Shown here: one piece after another, positions 21,412 through 30,886 of the stretch
Layout of the letters: each line of letters begins with the position of its first letter
Position numbering within the stretch: the stretch's first letter is position 1
Assembly (NCBI GenBank): GCA_963740085.1
Contig: CAVUCU010000001.1
Coordinates: forward strand, 736,001-800,000
Direction: 5' to 3'
Source: Nitrospirota bacterium
GTDB taxonomy: Bacteria; Nitrospirota; UBA9217
DNA length: 64,000 nt
Translations under genes and position numbers: made by a program
The notes under the pieces: generated by a model
Databases searched by the model: none
Told to the model about the DNA's origin: nothing
The model's input: the letters and a program-made list of their open reading frames with translations, nothing else

Positions 21412-22184
21412 TCGCTGCTCCTGTGCGATGCCGGTGGCGCATACGACATTGCCTCCATGGATTTCAGCTTGTCGAACGCGGAATAGTCAGTAAGGTCGAG
21501 GTGAAGCGGTGTGATGGAGATCATCTTTCGGTCAACCGCATCGAGGTCCGTGCCCTCCTCACGCTCCCAGTCCGGCTCGCCCCCTCCGATCCAGTAATAT
21601 TTTTTCCCTCGCGGGTCCACGCGTTCCACGGTCATCTGGTGATAAATGCGCTTTCCCAGCCGGGTGATGCGCGTGCCCGTCATTTCGGAGAGCGAAAGGT
21701 TCGGAACATTGATATTGAGAAGCGTACCCGCGGGAAGGCCCTGTTCAAAGATACGCCGGGCGGTACTGAGGGCCACTTCCGCTGCCTCGACAAAACGGAA
21801 ATCCTGGCGCCCGTTGAGCGAAATGGCAAAGGAAGGGATCCCGAGCAGGATGCCTTCGATGGCCCCCGCAACAGTCCCTGAATAGGTCACATCGTCACCC
21901 AGGTTCGGCCCCTTGTTGATACCGGAGACCACGAGCCGCGGTATCTCTTTGAGCAGGCCCTTGACCGCGATGTTCACGCAGTCCGTTGTCGTACCATTGA
22001 CGCTGTACATCGACTCCTTGATCTCTTCGATCAGAAGCGGCCGGTGAAGGGTCATGGAATGGCCTGCCGCGCTCCGTTCGCGGTCAGGGGCAACGATCAC
22101 CACCGAGTCAAGTTCCCGCAAATGCTTGGCAAGAAGCTGGATGCCGGGGGAGTATACGCCGTCGTCGTTCGTTACAAGGATCAT
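21408..22184 (-). CDS. surE: 5'/3'-nucleotidase SurE
   Basis: ILVTNDDG and SGINKGPNLGDDVTYSGTVAGA. Confidence 0.95.
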   Translation of the reverse strand: MILVTNDDGVYSPGIQLLAKHLRELDSVVIVAPDRERSAAGHSMTLHRPLLIEEIKESMYSVNGTTTDCVNIAVKGLLKEIPRLVVSGINKGPNLGDDVTYSGTVAGAIEGILLGIPSFAISLNGRQDFRFVEAAEVALSTARRIFEQGLPAGTLLNINVPNLSLSEMTGTRITRLGKRIYHQMTVERVDPRGKKYYWIGGGEPDWEREEGTDLDAVDRKMISITPLHLDLTDYSAFDKLKSMEAMSYAPPASHRSSE

Positions 22185-22252
22185 GGTTAAACCTCTGTTT
22201 TGTCAAGCCTCTTGCAAAAGCCCATTTTGCATCATTCCGAACCCTTCACTTT

Positions 22253-22361
22253 GTCATTCTGAAGGAGCGAAGCGACTGAAGAATCACTCGTTCAGGGTAA
22301 ACTCCGTGAAGAATTTTTCATTCTCATAAAAACGAAGATTTCTCCCGTTGGTCGAAATGAC
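22253..22361. repeat. intergenic palindromic element (GTCATT...AATGAC ends, GAGCGAAGCGA core)
   Basis: GTCATTCTGAAGGAGCGAAGCGACTGAAGAATC ... AGATTTCTCCCGTTGGTCGAAATGAC. Confidence 0.55.
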
Positions 22362-22526
22362 GGATTGGCATGTTTTAGACATTTGTAAGAGCCTCTATCT
22401 TGTCGATACGGCAAATGCAGCCTATGAGGTTTATACAATAAAAGACCGCGCAATGTAAAGCGGAAAGAGAGAACGGCGCTGTAAGAGTGGAAGTTCTTTG
22501 TCCGACTCGATCGACTTACCTAATCA

Positions 22527-22566
22527 CAAAAAAGAAAAGCCCATAACTTTTTCAAGTTATGGGCTT
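22527..22566 (-). terminator. intrinsic terminator after tRNA-Pro
   Basis: Perfect stem AAGCCCATAACTT/AAGTTATGGGCTT, followed by a U-tract on the minus strand. Confidence 0.8.
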
Positions 22567-22573
22567 ATATAAT

Positions 22574-22650
22574 TGGTCGGGGCGAGCCGATTCGAACGGC
22601 CGACCCCTTGCACCCCAAGCAAGTACGCTACCAGGCTGCGCCACGCCCCG
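22574..22650 (-). tRNA. tRNA-Pro(GGG)
   Basis: Reverse complement reads CGGGGCG...GGTAGCG...CTTGC-TTGGGGT-GCAAG...GTTCGAATC...CGCCCCGACCA (77 nt, encoded CCA). Classic ihfA-merR-tRNA-Pro synteny. Confidence 0.96.
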
Positions 22651-22660
22651 ACTTGTTACC

Positions 22661-22993
22661 TTATTTCAGTAATTCCAGTATCTCCCTCAGTTCCTTCTTT
22701 GCGGTCTCAACAGCCGACTCGAGAGCGTCCCGGTCTCCTTTGCTATTCAATTTCTTTCGGGCCCCGGCAATCGTAAAGCCATCTTTATAGAGCAATTGTT
22801 TGATGTGGAGAACAGCGTCTAAGTCTTTTTTAGTATAGAGACGCTGTCCCGATTTGCCCTTGTTCGGTTTGAGTTGAGGGAACTCGCTTTCCCAGTAGCG
22901 GAGTACGTACTGTTCCAGCCCGGAGAGGCGGCTTACTTCACCGATCCGGTAAAAGAGCTTACTCGACTGTTGTTGTTGGGGATTCGATGACAT
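22661..22993 (-). CDS. MerR-family transcriptional regulator
   Basis: YRIGEVS...[22 protein letters not shown]. Confidence 0.9.
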   Translation of the reverse strand: MSSNPQQQQSSKLFYRIGEVSRLSGLEQYVLRYWESEFPQLKPNKGKSGQRLYTKKDLDAVLHIKQLLYKDGFTIAGARKKLNSKGDRDALESAVETAKKELREILELLK

Positions 22994-23255
22994 GCTCTTT
23001 GAAAATCATGCTGGGTCTGAAGCTGACAACGCTTCGCGGGGTGATCTCGATCTCCTGGCCGGTCTTCGGGTTGCGGCCTTTCCTCGATTTCTTTTTCCTG
23101 ACCACGAAGTTTCCAAACCCTGAAAGTTTCACCGTCTCCCCTTCTTTCAGGGTCTGCTTTATCATATCCAGAATCATCTCGACCAATTCTTCAGCATCCT
23201 GCTTCGGCAGGCCAACCTTATCAAAAACTTCTGAGATGATATCTGCTTTTGTCAT
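22959..23255 (-). CDS. ihfA: integration host factor alpha subunit
   Basis: [14 protein letters not shown] and GRNPKTG.EIEI.PR.VV.FRPS. GGAGG RBS and a TTGACT-17-TATATT promoter upstream. Confidence 0.9.
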   Translation of the reverse strand: MTKADIISEVFDKVGLPKQDAEELVEMILDMIKQTLKEGETVKLSGFGNFVVRKKKSRKGRNPKTGQEIEITPRSVVSFRPSMIFKEHVIESPTTTVE

Positions 23256-23684
23256 ACAGACCTCCTCTTCGGCTCATAATATAGAAGATAAGCGCTTCAA
23301 AGTCAAGGGGAAATTCTTCTTTTTGCAGCCAAAAGTAACACCCCCTTGATCAGGGTTAATGGTGATCTGCTCAGGATATTTCAACTTATCAGGAGAAGGG
23401 AGGAAAGTGGAGGAATGGAGAAAAGGACTGCCGTTGTTTATTTTTGTGTTATTCATCCCCCTTTCGCTTCTTAATTCCCTATTTCTTCCTGAAATGTTTT
23501 CTTCTCTACTCAGCCAGTTACGATATATGACGCAAATCATACCACCTTGAATGCGTTTTGCGGTTTAATAAGTGCATTGTAGAACTATGCAGGCCGAACA
23601 GCCGAAAACCGATACGAATATATTTTATGATACACTGTATTTTATCCTGATCTCTCTTCGCACAAATGTTTTCCCTTGAATAGA

Positions 23685-23768
23685 CCCCTCACCCCAGCCC
23701 TCTCCCGCAAGGGGCGAGGGAGTTTTGCATCCTCTCCCCAAACAAGGGAGGGGACCGAGGTGAGAGGG
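23685..23768. repeat. CCCTCACCCC...GAGGG palindromic doublet
   Basis: CCCCTCACCCCAGCCCTCTCCCGCAAGGGGCGAGGG, then the inverted copy CCTCTCCCCAAACAAGGGAGGGGACCGAGGTGAGAGGG. Confidence 0.7.
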
Positions 23769-23850
23769 AATTGCTTGCGGCCTTGGCCGCGCAATCATAT
23801 CAAGTTCTGAGGAAAAATAACACATACTAAAATAAAAGGAGGGATAGCGT

Positions 23851-25203
23851 ATGAAGCGAAAACAGGTGGCAATCTTAGTGGTGACTTTGGTGCTTGGCAT
23901 GGTTCTGGCATTATCTGCCGCACCAGGGGAAGCGGTAGCTGCAAAGGTAAAAGCATCAAAAGAAGGTCAGGCGTGCATAGGTTGTCACGAGGCGCAGTCT
24001 CCGGCGTTTGTCAAGGAATGGAAGCTGAGCACTCACGCGGCAAAGGGCGTTGACTGCTACACCTGCCACAGGGCGGAGAAGTCCGATCCTGACGCCATGG
24101 AGCACAACGGATACACGATCGCGATCCTCGTCACCCCCAAAGACTGCGGCAAATGCCATTTGAAGGAAGAAAAGGAGATGACCGAGAGCCACCATGCTAA
24201 AGCGGGGGACATCCTCAATTCCGCGGACAACTATCTCGGTGAGGTCGTGGGCGGACAGGAGGCCGTCGCCGTCGGCTGTCTTCAGTGCCACGGCGGCAAG
24301 GTCAAGGTGCTTGCAAACGGCAAGCTCGACACCAACAGCTGGCCGAACACCGGCATCGGCAGAATAAACCCCGACGGCTCCAAGGGGTCCTGCTCTGCCT
24401 GCCATGCACGCCACAATTTCTCAAAGGCGCAGGCACGGGAACCCCAAACCTGCGGCAAATGCCATCTCGGCCCTGACCATCCGCAGATGGAGGTATATCA
24501 GGAATCAAAGCACGGGATCCTGTACGAGGCCAACAAGGAGCGGATGAACATGCACAAGGACAAGTGGGTCGTGGGACAGGATTATTCCGCCGCCCCCACC
24601 TGTGCCACCTGCCATATGAGCGCCACACCGACCCAGGCCGTGACCCATGACGTGGGCGCCCGGATCAGCTGGACACTGCGGCCGCCTATTTCGAAGAAGA
24701 TGGAGAACGCGGACAAAAAACGTGCAGCCATGCAGGACGTCTGCAACAACTGTCACTCGTCGCCCTTCGTGGTGGGGTTCTACAACCAGTTCGATAATCT
24801 TGTCAATCTCTACGACGACAAATTCGCAAAGCCCGCAACCGCGATCAGGCAGGAACTGATGGACAAGGGGAAAATTTCGAAGGCGAATTTCGACGACAAG
24901 CTGGACTGGATCTACTGGGAGCTTTGGCATCATGAAGGCAGAAGGGCCCGTCACGGTGCAGCCATGTCCGGTCCCGACTATGCCTGGTGGCATGGAATCT
25001 ATGACGTGGCAAAGAACTTCTATACCGAGTTCCTCCCCGAAGTAAAGACCGTTGCCGGTCCGGAGCTCTATAACGAGATCGAGAAGAAATACCTCGAGTC
25101 CGATGTGCGGCACGAGTGGTACACCAAGGGAATGACCAAAGAGCAGCTTGAAAAGATCCAGAAGTTCTACAATGAGCGGTATGGCGGCGCGACCGCGAAA
25201 TAG
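23851..25203 (+). CDS. octaheme cytochrome c, hydroxylamine oxidoreductase (HAO) family
   Basis: Signal peptide and eight CxxCH motifs (CIGCH, CYTCH, CGKCH, CLQCH, CSACH, CGKCH, CATCH, CNNCH). HLGPDHPQ and HHEGRRARHGAAMSGPDYAWWHG. Confidence 0.88.
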   Translation: MKRKQVAILVVTLVLGMVLALSAAPGEAVAAKVKASKEGQACIGCHEAQSPAFVKEWKLSTHAAKGVDCYTCHRAEKSDPDAMEHNGYTIAILVTPKDCGKCHLKEEKEMTESHHAKAGDILNSADNYLGEVVGGQEAVAVGCLQCHGGKVKVLANGKLDTNSWPNTGIGRINPDGSKGSCSACHARHNFSKAQAREPQTCGKCHLGPDHPQMEVYQESKHGILYEANKERMNMHKDKWVVGQDYSAAPTCATCHMSATPTQAVTHDVGARISWTLRPPISKKMENADKKRAAMQDVCNNCHSSPFVVGFYNQFDNLVNLYDDKFAKPATAIRQELMDKGKISKANFDDKLDWIYWELWHHEGRRARHGAAMSGPDYAWWHGIYDVAKNFYTEFLPEVKTVAGPELYNEIEKKYLESDVRHEWYTKGMTKEQLEKIQKFYNERYGGATAK

Positions 25204-25214
25204 ATCGCTCTCCG

Positions 25215-25241
25215 GCGGGGCAGCGATGCCCCGCTTTTTTT
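25215..25241 (+). terminator. intrinsic terminator after the HAO-family gene
   Basis: GCGGGGCA-GCGA-TGCCCCGC-TTTTTTT. Confidence 0.85.
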
Positions 25242-25332
25242 ATTCGACATGATAACGGGTGAAAGCACCCTCAACGTTCCCGAACCGCAACGATACCCTT
25301 TTCCGCGAGTGTTCTCGTCAAGCCTTCGGTAT

Positions 25333-25386
25333 GACTCTCTTAACTCGACTCTCTTAACTTGACTTTCCACGCCCCTGTGATATTCT
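25333..25386 (+). promoter_or_regulatory. nuo operon promoter with an overlapping 14-bp tandem repeat
   Basis: TTGACT(25359)-16 nt-TATTCT with an extended TG. GACTCTCTTAACT occurs twice and runs into the -35. Confidence 0.55.
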
Positions 25387-25392
25387 CATACC

Positions 25393-25812
25393 ATGACACC
25401 GCAAGCGATTGATTCAACCGCACTCTGGCCCCTGGGAGTATATTTTTTCGCAGTTGCTGCCATCGTCGCGATCATGCTTTCCCTCTCGTTCGTCCTTGGT
25501 GAACGGCACCGGGAAAAGCAGACCGGTCAGACCTATGAGTCGGGGATCGTGTCCACCGGCACGGCACGCGTGCGCTTCGACATCAAATTTTATCTCATCG
25601 CCATGTTCTTCGTCATCTTCGACCTTGAAGCGGTCTTCATCTTCGCCTGGGCCGTATCCATCAAAGAGAACGGCTGGCAGGGTTATGGAGAGATGATGGT
25701 TTTCATCGGGATCCTGACCGCCACGCTCGTCTACCTCTGGCGGGTCGGCGCGCTGGAATGGGGGGCGTTTACCAAACACCGTACAGTGTACCGAATCCGA
25801 AGTACAAAGTAG
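25393..25812 (+). CDS. nuoA: NADH-quinone oxidoreductase subunit A
   Basis: YESGI, FYLIAMFFVIFDLE and GALEW. Confidence 0.95.
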   Translation: MTPQAIDSTALWPLGVYFFAVAAIVAIMLSLSFVLGERHREKQTGQTYESGIVSTGTARVRFDIKFYLIAMFFVIFDLEAVFIFAWAVSIKENGWQGYGEMMVFIGILTATLVYLWRVGALEWGAFTKHRTVYRIRSTK

Positions 25813-25856
25813 AGAACCTCAAATGCTCCATGCGCCGCACTCTGAACTTTTAATTT

Positions 25857-26471
25857 ATGAACTATTCTATAAATAAGCCGGACCGCGATTCCGCAGAAGA
25901 CGCCATGCGGCAAAGCCTGGTACTGACGACGATGCAGGACCTGCTCGCCTGGGGGCGGAAAAACTCCATCTGGCCTTTCAACTTCGGACTCTCCTGCTGC
26001 TTCGTAGAAATGGCCACGAGTCTTACGAGCAAATATGATATCGCGCGCTTCGGCGCGGAGGTGATACGCGGCACGCCGCGCGAGGCGGACACGATGGTTG
26101 TTGCGGGCACGGTGTTCATCAAGGTGGCGCCGATCATCAAGCGGCTCTACGAACAGATGATGGCGCCGCGGTGGGTCATCTCCATGGGTTCCTGCGCCAA
26201 CTCCGGCGGCATGTACGACATCTATAGCGTGGTGCAGGGCGTGGACAAGTTCCTTCCGGTCGACGTGTACGTGCCCGGCTGCCCTCCCCGTCCGGACGCC
26301 TTCATGGAAGGCCTGCTGATGCTTCGGGAACAGGTCGGCCGTGAGCGGAGACCGTTGAGCTGGGTCGCGGGACCGCAGGATATCGTACAGCCGGAGAAAG
26401 CGTGCATGCGGGATCTGAAGCGGGACGAGCGGAAGAAGGTCACGGTCCTGAGATCGCCGGACGAGGTGTAA
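25857..26471 (+). CDS. nuoB: NADH-quinone oxidoreductase subunit B
   Basis: [18 protein letters not shown] and YVPGCPPRP. Confidence 0.96.
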   Translation: MNYSINKPDRDSAEDAMRQSLVLTTMQDLLAWGRKNSIWPFNFGLSCCFVEMATSLTSKYDIARFGAEVIRGTPREADTMVVAGTVFIKVAPIIKRLYEQMMAPRWVISMGSCANSGGMYDIYSVVQGVDKFLPVDVYVPGCPPRPDAFMEGLLMLREQVGRERRPLSWVAGPQDIVQPEKACMRDLKRDERKKVTVLRSPDEV

Positions 26472-26481
26472 ATCACTTTTA

Positions 26482-26583
26482 GACACAGATTTTCACTGAT
26501 CTTGTATGATAAGTCCTTAGATCAATTCTATCCTCTGTCTCAATATGCTTCAATCATAGCTGTTCTCAGTGTGAATCAGTGTC
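26482..26583. repeat. GACAC...GTGTC hairpin element (empty copy)
   Basis: GACACAGATTTTCACTGATCTTGTATGAT ... AATCATAGCTGTTCTCAGTGTGAATCAGTGTC. Confidence 0.75.
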
Positions 26584-26601
26584 AATGCCTTTGCCTTTAT
26601 T

Positions 26602-28347
26602 ATGGACAATAATTCTATCATCAGCGACCTCAAAACCGTCTTCGGCGACGCAATCTTCGCCGAACAGTCCACGCGCGATGAGATCCCTACGCTCTGGGTG
26701 ACCGGCGACCGGGCCAACGACGTACTCGGTCATCTCAAGACCGGCGTCGATCGTCCCTATAAGATGCTGTACGACCTCACGGCCATTGACGAGCGCGTGC
26801 GCAATCATCGTCAGGACCAGCCTGCGAGCGATTTTACCGTCGTGTACCATCTCCTCTCGTATGAGCGGAATAATGATATCCGCATCAAAGTGCCGCTCAA
26901 GGAAGCCTCCGCAGCACTCCCTACGATCACCAACCTCTGGCAGTCGGCGAACTGGTACGAGCGCGAGGTATGGGACCTCTTCGGCATCAAGTTCGACGGC
27001 CATCCGCATTTGAAGAGGATCCTGATGCCGATGACCTGGAAAGGACATCCCCTTCGCAAGGACCATCCTGCACGGGCTACCGAGATGGGCCCGTTCCAGT
27101 TGTCCGATGAAAAGGAAGAGAAAGAACAAGCCGTGCTCAAGTTCAAACCCGAAGACTGGGGAATGCGCCGGGAGGCGGCAGACTCGGACTTCATGTTCCT
27201 GAATCTCGGTCCCCAGCATCCCGGCACCCACGGTCTTCTCCGCTTCATTCTCCAGCTCGACGGCGAGGAGATCGCCGACTCCGTGCTGGACATCGGCTAT
27301 CACCACCGCGGCGCCGAAAAAATGGCCGAGCGCCAGTCCTGGCACACCTACATCCCCTATACCGACCGCATCGACTACTTCGGCGGCGTGATGAACAACA
27401 TGGCCTATTGCCTCGCGGTGGAGAAGCTCGCGGGCATCGAGGTGCCTGACCGGGCCAAAACCATCCGCGTAATGATGTCCGAGCTCTTCCGCATCGCGAG
27501 CCACCTTGTGTGGTACGGCACCTTTGCCCAGGACGTGGGAGCGCTGTCGCCGGTGTTCTATATGTTCACGGACCGCGAGCGTGTCTTCGATATCGTCGAA
27601 GCGATCTGCGGAGGCCGCATGCATCCTGAGTGGTTCCGGATCGGCGGCGTGGCCCAGGACCTGCCGCGGGGATGGGACGGGCTGGTGCGCGACTTTTTGA
27701 AGTACCTGCCGCCGCGGCTCAGGGAATACGACACCATCGTAATGCAGAACAGAATCTTCAAGGCCCGCACCAAGGGCATCGGCGTCTACACGAAGGATGA
27801 GGCCATCGACTGGGGCGTGACGGGACCCGGTCTTCGCGCCTGCGGATATGAGTGGGACTTTAGAAAAAAACGACCCTACTCGGGTTATGAGAACTTCGAG
27901 TTCGACATCCCCACGGCAACCCATGGCGACTGCTACGACCGCGGCGTGGTGCGCGTCGAGGAGATCCGTCAGAGCCTGCGCATCATCGGACAGTGCGTGG
28001 ACAACATGCCTTCAGGAGCTTATAAGTCGGACCATCCTCTCACGACGCCGCCGCGAAAAGAACGCACCATGCACGACATCGAGACGCTCATCACCCACTT
28101 CCTCGGCGTCAGCTGGGGCCCGGTGATCCCGGCCGGCGAGGCGTTCATGGGCATCGAGGCGACGAAAGGCAACAACGGATACTATCTCATCAGTGACGGC
28201 AATACGATGTCCTACCGCACGCGCATCAGGACCCCTTCGTTCGCGCACCTGCAGATGGTGCCGAAGATCAGCAAGGGATTGATGATCGCAGACCTGCTGG
28301 CGATCATCGGGAGCGTTGATTATATTCTGGCGGACCTGGACCGGTAA
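26602..28347 (+). CDS. nuoCD: fused NADH-quinone oxidoreductase subunit C/D
   Basis: [13 protein letters not shown] and GHPLRKD (C part), then [20 protein letters not shown] and ADLDR (D part). Confidence 0.96.
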   Translation: MDNNSIISDLKTVFGDAIFAEQSTRDEIPTLWVTGDRANDVLGHLKTGVDRPYKMLYDLTAIDERVRNHRQDQPASDFTVVYHLLSYERNNDIRIKVPLKEASAALPTITNLWQSANWYEREVWDLFGIKFDGHPHLKRILMPMTWKGHPLRKDHPARATEMGPFQLSDEKEEKEQAVLKFKPEDWGMRREAADSDFMFLNLGPQHPGTHGLLRFILQLDGEEIADSVLDIGYHHRGAEKMAERQSWHTYIPYTDRIDYFGGVMNNMAYCLAVEKLAGIEVPDRAKTIRVMMSELFRIASHLVWYGTFAQDVGALSPVFYMFTDRERVFDIVEAICGGRMHPEWFRIGGVAQDLPRGWDGLVRDFLKYLPPRLREYDTIVMQNRIFKARTKGIGVYTKDEAIDWGVTGPGLRACGYEWDFRKKRPYSGYENFEFDIPTATHGDCYDRGVVRVEEIRQSLRIIGQCVDNMPSGAYKSDHPLTTPPRKERTMHDIETLITHFLGVSWGPVIPAGEAFMGIEATKGNNGYYLISDGNTMSYRTRIRTPSFAHLQMVPKISKGLMIADLLAIIGSVDYILADLDR

Positions 28348-28353
28348 AATAAT

Positions 28354-28818
28354 ATGTTATCTGAAAAAGAAATACAGGAGATAGACGCTGAACTGGCACA
28401 CTGCGTTACGAAGCAATCGGCATCCGTCGAGGCATTGAACATCGTGCAGCGCCGTCGCGGCTGGGTGTCGGATGACGCGATGAAAGGCGTCGCCGCCATG
28501 CTCGACATGACCGCTGACGAGCTTGACGCCGTCGCTACGTTCTACAGTTTTATCTTCAGAAAACCCGTGGGCAGGCATGTTATCCTTGTGTGCGACAGCA
28601 TCTCCTGCTGGGTCATGGGGTACAATCCATTACTTGCTAGTATAATGAAGAAACTTGGCGTCGGATTCGGGGAAACTACCCGGGACAAAAGATTCACGCT
28701 CCTCCCCATCTCCTGCCTCGGCGCCTGCGATCGCGCTCCGGCCATGATGGTGGATGAGGACTTGTACGGGCCGGTGACGCCGGAGATGATGGATGAGATA
28801 CTGGAAAGATACAAATAA
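28354..28818 (+). CDS. nuoE: NADH-quinone oxidoreductase subunit E
   Basis: VATFYS, CDSISC and CLGACDRAP 2Fe-2S ligands. Confidence 0.95.
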   Translation: MLSEKEIQEIDAELAHCVTKQSASVEALNIVQRRRGWVSDDAMKGVAAMLDMTADELDAVATFYSFIFRKPVGRHVILVCDSISCWVMGYNPLLASIMKKLGVGFGETTRDKRFTLLPISCLGACDRAPAMMVDEDLYGPVTPEMMDEILERYK

Positions 28819-28837
28819 ATCTTGGACACAAACCTCT

Positions 28838-29158
28838 GGCACGGAATTACACGGATGCACAGCTATGATACAGGCGGATTAAATCCTTGGATTTAGTCAG
28901 TGAAAATCATAGCCGTTATCCGCTTCTTCAGTGTCAAAGACTTGAAACCCTGGACACGGATTTAGACTGATAAAGACTATGATCGAAGCTGATCAACTCT
29001 CTGGTTTTATCAGTGCAAATCTCAGACGTTATCCGCTTCTTCAGTGTCAAAGACTCTAAACCTTGGGCACGGATTTACACAGATAAAGGCTATGATAAAT
29101 ACCGATTAAGTCTCGGCCTCATCAGTAAATCATAGCAGTTATCCGCTTCTTCAGTGTC
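28838..29158. repeat. tandem array of three ~110-bp GACAC...GTGTC hairpin elements
   Basis: Units end at 28935, 29048 and 29158 with an identical GTTATCCGCTTCTTCAGTGTCAA. Left arms read G(G/A)CACGGA.TTA.AC.GAT....CTATGAT. Confidence 0.88.
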
Positions 29159-29171
29159 AAGGATGTTAAAT

Positions 29172-30443
29172 ATGGAACGACCGCTCACAAAAAACATCCA
29201 TCTCAACCGGGAACCGCTCCCTCTGAAAGAGTATGAGAAAGCCGGCGGCTACCGGTCCGTGCGCAAGGCGCTTGATATGTCGCCGCAGGACGTTCAGAAC
29301 ATCATCAAGACATCCGCTCTTCGCGGCCGTGGCGGGGCCGGCTTCCCTACCGGCGCGAAGTGGAGTTTTGTGCCGATGGGCAAAGATGCGCCCCATCCAA
29401 AATACCTCATCGTGAATGCCGACGAGATGGAGCCGGGTACATTCAAGGACAGGCTGCTCCTTGAAGGCGATCCCCACCAGATCATTGAGGGCGCGATCAA
29501 CAGCGCATATGCAATCGAAGCCGAACAGGCATTCATCTTCATCCGCTGGGCGTATAAGGGCGCGGTACAGCGAATGCAGCGGGCGATTTCCGAGGCCTAT
29601 AAAAATAAGTATCTCGGCAGGAACATCCTCGGTTCCGGATACAACCTCGACCTCCGCATCCATGCGAGCGCGGGCCGCTACATCTGCGGCGAAGAGACCG
29701 CGCTCCTGAACGCGCTGGAAGGGAAGCGCGCTGTTCCGAGAGCAAAACCGCCTTTCCCGCAGGTCTGCGGCCTCTTCGGCAGGCCCACCATCGTGAACAA
29801 CGCCGAAACGATCGCGAACATTCCGCACATCGTGAACAATGGACCTGACTGGTTCAAAGGTTTGAGCAAGAGCACAGATGGCGGGACCAAACTCTACGGC
29901 GTGAGCGGCAGGGTCAAAAGACCGGGTCTCTGGGAACTGCCCATGGGAGTGACCATCCGGGAACTTCTCGAGGAACATGCGGGCGGGATGCAGAATGGAT
30001 ACACATTCCGTGGTGTGATACCCGGCGGCGCGTCAACGGATTTTCTGGTAAAAGATCATCTTGATGTGAAGATGGACTTCGACTCGATCATGAAGGCCGG
30101 CAGCAGGATGGGCACGGGGACCATGATCGTGCTCGATGACAAGACCTGCCCCGTGGGATTCGTCCATAATCTGATAAAATTCTTCAGCCTCGAATCCTGC
30201 GGCTGGTGCACCCCCTGCCGCGATGGTCTTCCCTGGACGGAAAAGATCCTGCGCGCCCTCGAGGAAGGCAAAAGCGAGCCCGGCGACATCGAACGCCTTG
30301 CACTCCATTGCAAACTGCTTGGTCCGGGCAGCACCTTCTGCGCCCTGGCCCCCGGCGCCGTCGAGCCGCTCCAGAGCGCGATAAAATATTTCAGGGAAGA
30401 CTTCGAGAGACATATAACAGAAAAAAAATGCCCGTGGAGTTAA
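29172..30443 (+). CDS. nuoF: NADH-quinone oxidoreductase subunit F
   Basis: GRGGAGFPTG, NADEMEPG, YICGEETAL and ESCGWCTPCRDG. Confidence 0.96.
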   Translation: MERPLTKNIHLNREPLPLKEYEKAGGYRSVRKALDMSPQDVQNIIKTSALRGRGGAGFPTGAKWSFVPMGKDAPHPKYLIVNADEMEPGTFKDRLLLEGDPHQIIEGAINSAYAIEAEQAFIFIRWAYKGAVQRMQRAISEAYKNKYLGRNILGSGYNLDLRIHASAGRYICGEETALLNALEGKRAVPRAKPPFPQVCGLFGRPTIVNNAETIANIPHIVNNGPDWFKGLSKSTDGGTKLYGVSGRVKRPGLWELPMGVTIRELLEEHAGGMQNGYTFRGVIPGGASTDFLVKDHLDVKMDFDSIMKAGSRMGTGTMIVLDDKTCPVGFVHNLIKFFSLESCGWCTPCRDGLPWTEKILRALEEGKSEPGDIERLALHCKLLGPGSTFCALAPGAVEPLQSAIKYFREDFERHITEKKCPWS

Positions 30444-30446
30444 ATC

Positions 30447-30885
30447 TTTGACACTGAAAGACACTGATCAATTATGATAAAAGCTGATAATAATTATTTG
30501 CACTCTGAATTAACTGACAAAATAATCGGGTGCGCATATGATGTTTACAATCAGTTGGGATATGGTTTTTTAGAAAAGGTTTACGAAAACGCAATGATGA
30601 TTAAACTGTCTCAAAGAGAAATTGAGGCACGGCAGCAGGTTCCAATCAACGTACACTTCGAAGGCCATACTGTGGGAGAATATTGTGCCGACATTCTGGC
30701 TGACAAACGGGTGATTGTCGAGTTCAAGGCAGTTTCTGCATTGTCTAAATCTCATGAAGTACAACTCGTTAATTATCTTAAGGCAACCGGTGTTAAAGTC
30801 GGCCTGCTAATTAATTTTGGCGAGAAATTAAAAGTTATAAGACGGGTTTTTTAATCATATAAAATCAGTGTAAATCAGTGTCAAA
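30447..30885. mobile_element. putative full-length GxxExxY-carrying hairpin element
   Basis: 11-bp perfect terminal inverted repeat TTTGACACTGA/TCAGTGTCAAA. The arms match the empty copies at 26482, 28838-29158, 34461 and 35112 and enclose an AT-rich nuclease gene between nuoF and nuoG. Mobility is inferred. Confidence 0.6.
30474..30854 (+). CDS. GxxExxY-family PD-(D/E)xK nuclease-fold protein
   Basis: GFLEKVY (GxxExxY), ADILADKRVIVEFKAV, HEVQLVNYLKATG and GLLINFG. Confidence 0.92.
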   Translation: MIKADNNYLHSELTDKIIGCAYDVYNQLGYGFLEKVYENAMMIKLSQREIEARQQVPINVHFEGHTVGEYCADILADKRVIVEFKAVSALSKSHEVQLVNYLKATGVKVGLLINFGEKLKVIRRVF

Positions 30886-30886
30886 A

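Noticed and set aside
22574-22650. tRNA-Pro as an integration site for an island
   Set aside because: There is no integrase and I saw no duplicate of the tRNA 3' end. The ihfA-merR-tRNA-surE-pcm order is ordinary core synteny.
28838-29160. CRISPR array (three identical 23-nt repeats)
   Set aside because: The intervening ~90-nt segments are homologous to each other and complementary to the repeat. There is no cas gene or leader. It is a tandem hairpin element.
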